DNA of 64,000 nucleotides from an uncultured Vicinamibacteraceae bacterium (GTDB taxonomy: Bacteria; Acidobacteriota; Vicinamibacteria; Vicinamibacterales; UBA8438). The stretch covers positions 2,921 to 66,920 of the forward strand of contig CAZUZW010000009.1 in assembly GCA_964624855.1 (NCBI GenBank). The letters are read 5' to 3'. The position numbers were made by a program, and so were the translations under genes. Positions 9,574 to 17,671 of this stretch are shown in pieces (the first letter of the stretch is position 1; each line of letters starts with the position of its first letter). The notes beneath the pieces are model-generated. The model was not told where the DNA came from, did not search any database, and saw nothing but the letters and a program-made list of their open reading frames with translations.

Positions 9574-10719
9574 TTGGCTGACAGTATGCACGAAGCGGAA
9601 CGTGGATTGTTCGATCTCCAGAGAGGACGTCCCCTTTGCGTCAGAGCGTTGGGGGACGACGGCGACGCGTGTACGGTGTTGTTGGCTACTGTCGAAGGCT
9701 TAAGTCCTAAAAATTTAAAACAAATTCAGGACATCGGTGATGGGCGAATTTGCTTAGTGGTGACGGGATATCGTGCTGAAGCCATGGGGCTGACAAGCCC
9801 GGACCATGGTCGAGCTGCCGTAAGTTTAGCTCTCAGTGGTCCCGTGACTCCCGATGAGATTCTGAATCTTTCCAGTTCCACCGGTAATTACCGAATAGGT
9901 TCAGTTGATGTTCGTCAGGCATCTCCTCCTGAGGTTGGCGGTTTGACGATGGCGAGGTTGGGACGATTGATACCTGCGGTGGTTGCTGTAACGGTTGGTG
10001 AGTCGACTGCCAGCGATGTTCGAGAATTAGTGGATAGTGGGGCTGTGTTGTCGGTGACGACGTCACAGATTGATGCCATGGCAAGTGCCGTCCGTGTTGA
10101 GGTAACCCACGTCAGTGACGGCCCTGTTCCACTGCGAGAGGCGGAGAACGCCCGTTTTATGTCCTTTCGAGAAGCTAACGGCATTCTCGAGCACGTCGCC
10201 GTGATCATTGGCGATCGTAGCAACTGGCCTGACCCGATTCCCGTCCGAATTCATTCAGCTTGTCTCACCGGTGACTTATTTGGAAGTCTTCGCTGTGATT
10301 GCGGTGAGCAACTACAGGGAAGCCTTCGCGTTTTCAGTTCACGCGGCGGCGGGGTTCTCTTGTACTTGGCTCAGGAAGGTCGAGGTATTGGTCTAGGGAA
10401 CAAACTGCGCGCTTATGCTCTCCAGCAAGAGGGCCTGGACACGGTTGATGCCGATTGTATGCTAGGTTTTGGTGCTGATGAGCGGCGATACGACGCTGCT
10501 GTTGAGATGCTTCGTCACCTTGATGTTCGGCGCATTCAATTGCTAACAAACAATCCTGAAAAGGTTCGGGCCGTCCGCGAGAGTGGGATTGAAGTGGTCG
10601 AGCGAGAGGCACTGTATGGAACGCTCAATCCTCATAACCAGCGGTATGTGAAAGCGAAGGTTCAGCGGTCTGGGCACTGGTTGGGCGAGATGTTGTCTGG
10701 CGCAATTTCAGGGAAGTAG
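9574..10719 (+). CDS. ribA: GTP cyclohydrolase II with a degenerate RibB-like N-terminal domain
   Basis: The C-terminal half aligns by eye with E. coli RibA (RIHSACLTGDLFGSLRCDCGEQL, LAQEGRGIGLGNKLRAYALQQEGLDTVDA, LLTNNPEKV). The ORF opens with TTG at 9574 and the first ATG is at 9586. Confidence 0.85.
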   Translation: MADSMHEAERGLFDLQRGRPLCVRALGDDGDACTVLLATVEGLSPKNLKQIQDIGDGRICLVVTGYRAEAMGLTSPDHGRAAVSLALSGPVTPDEILNLSSSTGNYRIGSVDVRQASPPEVGGLTMARLGRLIPAVVAVTVGESTASDVRELVDSGAVLSVTTSQIDAMASAVRVEVTHVSDGPVPLREAENARFMSFREANGILEHVAVIIGDRSNWPDPIPVRIHSACLTGDLFGSLRCDCGEQLQGSLRVFSSRGGGVLLYLAQEGRGIGLGNKLRAYALQQEGLDTVDADCMLGFGADERRYDAAVEMLRHLDVRRIQLLTNNPEKVRAVRESGIEVVEREALYGTLNPHNQRYVKAKVQRSGHWLGEMLSGAISGK

Positions 10720-10725
10720 CTCTCG

Positions 10726-11547
10726 CTATTTCGTTCGATCGTCATTCATCAAGCGATCGAGTGGAAAATCTTTGGTGTCTCGAATGATTTCTGACAGCAT
10801 TCGTCCATAGCCATCCACCAAGTGTTTGCCGATGGACGCGGTGGCCAGTGTCGAGTTGCCAGCGACACCAGAGGAATGCAGGTCTTCTGCCAACCACGCC
10901 AGTGACGCGCCTTCGTTGCTCGTGTCGACATGATTAAGTGTGTGCTCTAAAAGTTTTCCCAGTGATGGTGTATCGGGCAGTTGCTGCGTTCGGACTAAAT
11001 CAGGCCTGAGATGCAACATCATTGCGGTCTCAACGGCTCCTCCGTGAAGTCCATGGCGCCATTCAGCATCGGGGAGCGTTACGCCCTCTGGTCGCGGCAA
11101 GAGGAAGTAGTTGCTTTTGATGACCAGTAGGCCTAGTTCCCGTCGAAGTCGTAGTGCCGCGGCATCTATTGCTTGACGGTTGCCCCCATGGCTGTTGGTT
11201 ACAAGGAGACGTTGAATACCTGATCGCGTGAGCGCTTTTCCTTGGGCCCAAATTAAGTCGCCCAGTAGGTTGGCGTCGATACTGAGGGTTCCAGGAAAAG
11301 TCAGATGTTCTGCACTAGTTCCAACGACTTGGGCTGGTAGGACCCATACTGGGAAGTGCGACGGTAGATATGTGAATGCTTTGTCTAGAATGCCTATGCC
11401 AATGTCGAGGTCGGTGGACAGTGGTAGGTGTGGGCCATGTTGTTCAATAGCAGCTATTGGAAGAATCACAACCGGGTCAGCCTGGCTGATATCCTGGGCT
11501 TCTGCGGTGGTCATTGATTGCCATGAATGGTCTAACAACTCAGTCAT
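10726..11547 (-). CDS. Creatininase-family amidohydrolase (creatinine amidohydrolase / ArfB / MftE fold)
   Basis: AIEQHGPHLPLSTDLDIG and VTNSHGGN motifs. The start is taken at the internal Met (MTELLDH) so that it does not overlap the upstream gene ending at 11559. Confidence 0.8.
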   Translation of the reverse strand: MTELLDHSWQSMTTAEAQDISQADPVVILPIAAIEQHGPHLPLSTDLDIGIGILDKAFTYLPSHFPVWVLPAQVVGTSAEHLTFPGTLSIDANLLGDLIWAQGKALTRSGIQRLLVTNSHGGNRQAIDAAALRLRRELGLLVIKSNYFLLPRPEGVTLPDAEWRHGLHGGAVETAMMLHLRPDLVRTQQLPDTPSLGKLLEHTLNHVDTSNEGASLAWLAEDLHSSGVAGNSTLATASIGKHLVDGYGRMLSEIIRDTKDFPLDRLMNDDRTK

Positions 11548-11558
11548 CGCATAACACT

Positions 11559-12416
11559 CTATCCGACTCGCTGAAACACGGCGAGTTCGTATCGAACCCA
11601 ACCTTTTGAGAGACAGACTTGAAGAGCATTTCCTCCCAACAGATAATCGAATCGATCGGCTACCGTTGGAATCCAGCCAAACAAGTAAATCCCGAGCGCG
11701 ATCAACCTGTCTCGAGGACGACCAATTTCAAGATGCGGCGTAAGATCGACAGTTTCTAGATGCTCAAAACCTTGGCTAGCGGCTAAGTTTCGAAAATCGA
11801 TTGGATTCATGAGCGAGTTGATGTGCCATCCCCGACAAAATTTTTCTACGACCCGCTGGCCGGTTGCACTGTCGTTAGAACCCCTGAAATCGTCACACAC
11901 CACTAGTAGACCACCGGTGCGGACCTGACTGGCGCACTGCCGAAAGAAGCGTGTTGGGTCCGGGGTGTGTACAAACGACTCAATGGCGTAGGCCAGATCG
12001 GCTACGTCGCAGTCTTTCGGTAGATTACAGTAGTCGCCTTCAATACATCGGATCCGGTCGGACAGACCTAAGCGGGAGATATGTTGTTGGGCTGCGCGGG
12101 CCTGGACAGGGCTTAGTGTGATTCCAGTGCCGCGGATATTTAAACGCTCAGCTAGGGTGCATAGACTAGAACCAACTCCGCAACCGAGGTCGATTACGTG
12201 GGGTTGGCTCAGAGTGTTCGTTTCGGTCAAAGTGCCAAGCCGGTCCCCTATCTGATGTTCCACATAGCGAAACGCATCTTCGCGATTATGGATTCCTGGG
12301 CCCCAGACCGCTCGATGGATCGCGCCAAGAGGTCCTCCTTGACCACGGGTCACGAATTCTGGCGTGTGGCGGTCGTAGTAGCTCCTGACCTCTTTAAGGT
12401 TAAAACGAGCAGACAT
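11559..12416 (-). CDS. Class I SAM-dependent methyltransferase
   Basis: Motif I VIDLGCGVGSSLCTLA. The overall pattern resembles small-molecule or lipid C/O-methyltransferases. Confidence 0.75.
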   Translation of the reverse strand: MSARFNLKEVRSYYDRHTPEFVTRGQGGPLGAIHRAVWGPGIHNREDAFRYVEHQIGDRLGTLTETNTLSQPHVIDLGCGVGSSLCTLAERLNIRGTGITLSPVQARAAQQHISRLGLSDRIRCIEGDYCNLPKDCDVADLAYAIESFVHTPDPTRFFRQCASQVRTGGLLVVCDDFRGSNDSATGQRVVEKFCRGWHINSLMNPIDFRNLAASQGFEHLETVDLTPHLEIGRPRDRLIALGIYLFGWIPTVADRFDYLLGGNALQVCLSKGWVRYELAVFQRVG

Positions 12417-12610
12417 GTTCTTCTGATTTTGGCGATATCGGTGCTTCGCAGTCCAGGTAAAGTTTCTTGATCACAGGCGGAAGGTGCCCGTTAGGTGAAA
12501 ATCTTTCTGTAAGGTGTCGTAATCTGCATTCTGTTGCGCGACGAGTGCAGCTACAATGTCGGTAGGCATTTGTTGGGTCGATAAAATTCCACACCGTGAA
12601 AAGAGGGTCC

Positions 12611-13045
12611 ATGAAGGTTGGGTTGCGAGGACTATCAGTTCTGCTGGGTGTGTTTTTGATTCTCATGGGTTGGGGAAAAACAGCCTGGTTCTCGGATGAA
12701 GGAATCCTTCTGGCTCAGTTGGACGGGTGGTTGGGATCGGCGCCGGCGTTAAGTCGATGGTACCTCGAGACTGTGGCTATTCCAGGCGCAAGCCTGTTTG
12801 CGTATCTGGTGCCCCTAGGAGAACTGGCCGCGGGTGCAGCGTTCATCCTTGGCCACCGTGTCCAATTAGCTGCGACACTCGCACTTCTCATGATAATCAA
12901 CTTTCACTTTGCCATGGGTATCATATTTACCTTTGGATACTTGACTAATGGTTACGGTCTACCAGTGCTTGGCGGTTTGTTCGCACTTGCCGTAGGTGGA
13001 GCAGGTCTACCATTTAGTGTTCCTGGGAGAAGAAGAAAAGCATGA
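12611..13045 (+). CDS. DoxX-like small integral membrane protein
   Basis: Four predicted TM helices. The N-terminus GLSVLLGVFLILMGWGKT resembles the DoxX family. ATG at 12611 is preceded by AGAGGG. Confidence 0.45.
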   Translation: MKVGLRGLSVLLGVFLILMGWGKTAWFSDEGILLAQLDGWLGSAPALSRWYLETVAIPGASLFAYLVPLGELAAGAAFILGHRVQLAATLALLMIINFHFAMGIIFTFGYLTNGYGLPVLGGLFALAVGGAGLPFSVPGRRRKA

Positions 13046-14631
13046 AACCTTTGGCAGGGGTTTGGTTGGTCGTGGGGTTGCTCTTGCTCAACCTGTCAGT
13101 GACTTTTACCAATATTTGGCCGACCTTCGGCATCCGAGTGACGAATGAACTTTCAGCCGAACTGGCGGTCTTGGTAATGGCCTTGATGATTACATGGCGT
13201 TGGAGAGCAACTCGGTCAGTCGTGGCTTTACGAGTTATGTCTGCGTTCTGGGTTGTTCTGGTTCTCGGCCGTTATGCGGAAGTCACGGCTCGGTCACTGT
13301 ACGGGCGCGACATAAATTTATTTTGGGACCTCCAACATATTCCTAATGTGGGTGCGATGTTTTCGGCAGTGGCTGATCCTTTCTTGCGGGTCGGTTTTAT
13401 TGCCGCCCTGCTATTCGTGCCCGCCGTACTTTATGTCGTGGTGAGATGGGCACTGGCATGTGTAGTCTCGGCGGCACCTTCTTTGGGGCCGCGTCTCGTT
13501 CTGAGTGTCTGTGCGGGTGTCGTGCTTCTTGTCGCTGTTGCGCAGAACGTTGGTGCCAGAGTGCCAGAGAGGATTCAGGTGGCCGCTCCGGTTACGTCAG
13601 CTTATTTGGAAGAACTGAGTGAACTGGTTTATGAAATGACCGGTGCTGGTGTACGGTCGTTGGCCCCACCGGTCTCACTGCAGTCAAATTTGTCAGGAGT
13701 GTCCGGGGCCGATGTGTTCCTTATTTTTCTTGAATCGTACGGTACGGTGAGTTGGGATCGCACTGAATTTGTTAGTGACCTTGCCGACAGCCGCGAGCAG
13801 TTTGCTTCTGACATCACGGACACGGGACGTACGGTGGTGTCTGGTCGCGTTGAATCAACAACCTTTGGCGGTGAATCGTGGCTGGCTCATATCAGCCTAC
13901 TTTCTGGTACGGAAGTTCGTGACCCTGGAACTAACAAGCGACTAATGGCACAGGACCGTGACACGTTGGTCAAGGTATTTGGACGCCATGGATATCGAAC
14001 GGTTGCCGTTATGCCTGGAATACAGCGTTCTTGGCCGCAGGGGGAGTTTTATGGGTTTGATGAAATTTACGACCTTGCTCGTTTGGATTATCGTGGGCCT
14101 CCGTTCGGATGGTGGGATCTGAACGACCAGTTTGCCTTAGCGCGAATTGACTCACTTGAGATAGCCCAAGAAGCCCGTCGACCGACGTTTGTGTTTTTCC
14201 CGACAGTGACCACACACGCACCGTTTGTTCCAACGCCTCCCTATCAGCCAGACTGGACTCGGTTGTTGGGTGACAGCCCTTACGATCAAGTTGAGCTAGA
14301 TCGTTCTTGGGCGGATTATCCAGACTGGTTAAATTTGGGGCCGAGTTACGTCAAGTCGTTAGGTTATGCGTACAAAACGATAGGTGGATACCTGCGATTG
14401 CGTGCTGATAGAGATCTTGTTCTGATATTAATCGGGGACCATCAGCCTCCGGCGTTGGTCAGCGGTGAAGGAGCGTCGTGGGACGTACCGGTCCATGTCG
14501 TCACTACTCGCTTGGGATTACTTGACAATCTCAAGCAGCACGGCTTCGTTGATGGCCTGTCACCGGATTCTTCAACCCTTGCACGAATGGACACGCTATT
14601 GCCGCTTCTCCTGGATGTCTTTGACATTTGA
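13042..14631 (+). CDS. Membrane-anchored sulfatase-fold transferase (LTA synthase / phosphoglycerol- or phosphoethanolamine-transferase-like)
   Basis: About 5 N-terminal TM helices followed by a soluble domain beginning ADVFLIFLESYG, typical of LtaS/sulfatase-like enzymes. ATGA overlap with the DoxX-like gene. Confidence 0.5.
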   Translation: MKPLAGVWLVVGLLLLNLSVTFTNIWPTFGIRVTNELSAELAVLVMALMITWRWRATRSVVALRVMSAFWVVLVLGRYAEVTARSLYGRDINLFWDLQHIPNVGAMFSAVADPFLRVGFIAALLFVPAVLYVVVRWALACVVSAAPSLGPRLVLSVCAGVVLLVAVAQNVGARVPERIQVAAPVTSAYLEELSELVYEMTGAGVRSLAPPVSLQSNLSGVSGADVFLIFLESYGTVSWDRTEFVSDLADSREQFASDITDTGRTVVSGRVESTTFGGESWLAHISLLSGTEVRDPGTNKRLMAQDRDTLVKVFGRHGYRTVAVMPGIQRSWPQGEFYGFDEIYDLARLDYRGPPFGWWDLNDQFALARIDSLEIAQEARRPTFVFFPTVTTHAPFVPTPPYQPDWTRLLGDSPYDQVELDRSWADYPDWLNLGPSYVKSLGYAYKTIGGYLRLRADRDLVLILIGDHQPPALVSGEGASWDVPVHVVTTRLGLLDNLKQHGFVDGLSPDSSTLARMDTLLPLLLDVFDI

Positions 14632-14714
14632 CTAACAATGAACATGACCGCAGCTGAGTGTCGTCGGAGATCCTGATATGACTTCGGGTCAGAATCTTGG
14701 AAACTAGGTTCCGC

Positions 14715-15611
14715 ATGGCACCACGAATTTCGAACAGTCTTTTTAGTGTTGCAGTGATCGCAGCCACTGTAGTGGTTGGGGGCAGTAATCTGCCTCAAGC
14801 TGTTGTAGTTGGTCTTGAGGTTATGACGTTTAATCTTAGAACGGCGAATGTGGATGACGGTGCAAATAGTTGGCCGAATCGAAAAGAATTCGTTGCCGAT
14901 CTGATCCGGCGCCGGGGGCCAGACATAATTGGATTACAGGAAGTTGTTCGAGAACAGATCGAGTTCTTAGAAGATGTCCTACCACACTATCGCTGGCTTG
15001 GTATCGATCGTGGCCTGAACGGTGGTGAAGGACTAAGCGAGTACACGCCAATTTTTTATCGGCATGCCGAATTAAGTCCTATTGAATCGGGAAACTTTTG
15101 GTTGTCACAAACGCCAGATACGCCACCTGAGATTCGAGAGATTCGCGGTCGTCGTCGTCGGTTTGGAAGGATTGTGACGTGGGCAAGGTTTCATCATGTG
15201 ACGACTGGTCGGGCTGTATATTTCTACAATACCCACCTGACGATCAGGCAGGGGCAACGGCAACTCGAATCGGCGAATCTAATCGTTGAGCGAATGGCTG
15301 CTCTTCCTGACGATAGCCTTGTAATTGTCACAGGGGATTTCAATGCTCCAGCAGAGACAAGTGCAACTTGGCGGGCGGTTACCGCGGACGGATTATTGGA
15401 TGCGTGGGTAATCGCAGAACAGCGGCAGGGGCCGGCTTTCACATTGAGCGAATTTGGTCCGCCCGTGGACTGGGATGTAGGCAGAATTGACTGGATCTTG
15501 GTTGACGGACCGTTCTCTGTTCGTTCTATAGAGACGGTGATAGACCATGATAAAGGTCGATATCCGTCTGATCATTATCCGGTGACCGCTCACCTTGAAT
15601 TCGAACACTAG
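14715..15611 (+). CDS. Endonuclease/exonuclease/phosphatase (EEP) family protein, N-terminal signal/anchor
   Basis: VMTFNLRTANVDDGANSWPNRKEF, IIGLQEV, VTGDFNAP and SDHYPV motifs of the EEP fold. First ATG of the ORF is used. Confidence 0.8.
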   Translation: MAPRISNSLFSVAVIAATVVVGGSNLPQAVVVGLEVMTFNLRTANVDDGANSWPNRKEFVADLIRRRGPDIIGLQEVVREQIEFLEDVLPHYRWLGIDRGLNGGEGLSEYTPIFYRHAELSPIESGNFWLSQTPDTPPEIREIRGRRRRFGRIVTWARFHHVTTGRAVYFYNTHLTIRQGQRQLESANLIVERMAALPDDSLVIVTGDFNAPAETSATWRAVTADGLLDAWVIAEQRQGPAFTLSEFGPPVDWDVGRIDWILVDGPFSVRSIETVIDHDKGRYPSDHYPVTAHLEFEH

Positions 15612-15614
15612 CCG

Positions 15615-16868
15615 CTAGTAGTAGTGGTGTGGCAGGTCCAATAGGATTTTCCGTCGTCGAAGTTCCGCATTGTCATATCCTCGCGTCTTCGGTGTAACCG
15701 TTGAGTTAATTGAACCGTTCAATGTAATCGTCTTGGGAAGATAATCTCGAACCGCGCGGAACTCCTCTTCGTACTCGGGTGATGGGAAGACCAAGGTTAA
15801 AACGGAACAACCATCTTGGTGGGAAATTTGATAGAGCGGGTTGACTCTAAGTTCGCCCGAGATGGGCGGTGGCTCTGGAACTTCGTATTTACGAAAGACA
15901 TTCTTGTTACGACTCGCGATAAGTGTCAGGGCTGGTTCTGTGCCGAGTTCGCTTGGTGACATCGATTGCGAGAGGTCAAGTATTCGATTATTGAGAACAT
16001 CTGACAGTATTCGGTTGTCACTGAAGAGTCTTGGTTGGAACTGTTGGAACAGGTCTCGATAGGCCGTGGGCGCGAGCGTGTTTCCGGCTGACATGTTGTC
16101 ACCGAGAGCACTGTGAAGGTGAGGCATGACAATCAGGCCATCGGAATCGGTGACCCGGGTCATCTCGTTCGCCAAGAGCCGCTTGTGCCATATGTAGGGG
16201 AATGCGTCCGAAAGCAGAATCATTTGAAAAATGTCATCGACCATTGGTAGTGGATGGTTGGCATCGCAGCAGACCGGTGTGCATCTTGGAGCGGTGAATC
16301 GAGTAGCAAGCCACAGTTTCCAGAAGGTTACGTCGACAAGCACATTGCAGCAGTCATTTTTGTGATCAGGATTTATGTTGTCAAACACACGTGTCAAATG
16401 ACCGGAACCTCCACAAAGGTCCAGCCAGCGTTGGGGTTTTGTTTGGTGTTGCGCAACCGCCCGTAAGAGCGTTTCCGCCGCGAGATAGGTTGGGTCAGAA
16501 AAGCGATAAATAAAATAGGTCCCTTCCGCGTCGCGGCTCAGAATATCCAGTGCGTCACGATAAGTCGGCTTTGAAGCGTCGGCTAGTAGCCTTTGAAAAT
16601 CTGCGCGTCGGGTTTCATTGTCGAGATCAAGCATCAGAAAGAGGGCCGTTTCGTGGTGGCCTGCTTCCAGCGCTCGAACTGTTTCTCGCGTTGTATCGTT
16701 AGCGATAAGTGTGGGGATTCCTGACACCACAGGGAAGGCGCAACACTCACAACCCAGGACGCCAGAGTCGATAGTGGTCTCTAGTTGTTTCAACGAAATG
16801 TTGTCTGCCAGTGACAAGCGGTTACCGCAGTAGGGACACCGGAGCAGTTCAAGCAGGGACAAGTTCAT
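15615..16868 (-). CDS. Methyltransferase with N-terminal Trm112-like zinc ribbon
   Basis: LLELLRCPYCGNRL...GVLGCECCAFPVVSGIPTL (Trm112p-like ribbon) followed by SAM motif WLDLCGGSGHLTRVF. The start is at the internal Met (MNLSLLELL), 7 nt after the upstream stop. Confidence 0.55.
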   Translation of the reverse strand: MNLSLLELLRCPYCGNRLSLADNISLKQLETTIDSGVLGCECCAFPVVSGIPTLIANDTTRETVRALEAGHHETALFLMLDLDNETRRADFQRLLADASKPTYRDALDILSRDAEGTYFIYRFSDPTYLAAETLLRAVAQHQTKPQRWLDLCGGSGHLTRVFDNINPDHKNDCCNVLVDVTFWKLWLATRFTAPRCTPVCCDANHPLPMVDDIFQMILLSDAFPYIWHKRLLANEMTRVTDSDGLIVMPHLHSALGDNMSAGNTLAPTAYRDLFQQFQPRLFSDNRILSDVLNNRILDLSQSMSPSELGTEPALTLIASRNKNVFRKYEVPEPPPISGELRVNPLYQISHQDGCSVLTLVFPSPEYEEEFRAVRDYLPKTITLNGSINSTVTPKTRGYDNAELRRRKILLDLPHHYY

Positions 16869-16875
16869 AAAATTC

Positions 16876-17670
16876 CTAGTGGTGTTCCGATCGGAATTGT
16901 TCAATAAAGGTGTCGTCTTGACGGCCAACCAATGCTCGCCGATAGAACTCAAGGGCGAGTAAATTTTCGGCATCTTCATCCTGAAGATGGGCTAACGCAT
17001 TGTGCCGTATCTGCGACACATGGCACTTGATGGCTGCCAGTTTCTGTCTTGCATAATGACCACTGTTGATCACGAGGGTAGGAGGTGACGCCATGGAACC
17101 AAATGCGTCTACATCTGTGACACCAAAGATCTGAGAAGGTGCGCCGCCTGACGAGCTAGTCGTTTCTGTGACACGATTGAGTGCAGAACGCATACTTCCG
17201 ACCGGAAGTGTGACGTAGTAGAGCGCTGGAGCATTTCTACCCAACTTGTCTATGACTGCCGTTGTATGTTGATGGACTGCGATGTGATCGGGATGCCAGT
17301 AGAGTCCATCTTCGCCAAATGTGATTACCACGTCAGGTTGCCACTGCTTGATGGCGTGTCTAATGTCAAATTCGATTTGACTACTGTTACTCCATGACAG
17401 CATTCCGTCTTCGTAATCGAGGACAGACACATTTTTAATACCAAGGACGCTTGCTGCATCGTGTAGTTCTTTTTCACGTGTCTTTCCTAAGGTTGATGAA
17501 TCTCCAGGTCCGTGCTGACCTCGGGTCATACAAAGAAGTGAGATGGTAACTTCGAGTTCAGCACACCAGGCGATCAGCCCTCCAGAGGCTAAGGATTCAT
17601 CGTCCGGGTGGGCGAAGATCGCGAGAATGGCGTTTTGGCTTGTTTCCTTGGAATAAGAGCGCTCGAGCAT
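16876..17670 (-). CDS. PIG-L / LmbE-family N-acetylglucosaminyl deacetylase
   Basis: AHPDDESL zinc motif near the N-terminus, plus HPDH downstream. Confidence 0.85.
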   Translation of the reverse strand: MLERSYSKETSQNAILAIFAHPDDESLASGGLIAWCAELEVTISLLCMTRGQHGPGDSSTLGKTREKELHDAASVLGIKNVSVLDYEDGMLSWSNSSQIEFDIRHAIKQWQPDVVITFGEDGLYWHPDHIAVHQHTTAVIDKLGRNAPALYYVTLPVGSMRSALNRVTETTSSSGGAPSQIFGVTDVDAFGSMASPPTLVINSGHYARQKLAAIKCHVSQIRHNALAHLQDEDAENLLALEFYRRALVGRQDDTFIEQFRSEHH

Positions 17671-17671
17671 A

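Noticed and set aside
3659-12416. Interpretation of the cluster as a toxoflavin/azapteridine-type (toxABCDE-like) or ordinary riboflavin operon
   Set aside because: GCH II, a RibD-type protein and methyltransferases do recall tox clusters. However, the RibD here lacks the deaminase half. I recognise no ToxC/ToxD-like or lumazine/riboflavin synthase genes. The lipid-transfer, glycosyl-transfer and flippase-like genes have no counterpart in those pathways. I keep it as an alternative that HMM searches should exclude.
12400-12666. 88-aa minus-strand ORF spanning the methyltransferase/DoxX divergent spacer
   Set aside because: It overlaps both neighbouring start regions, with no homology or RBS seen. 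Likely spurious.
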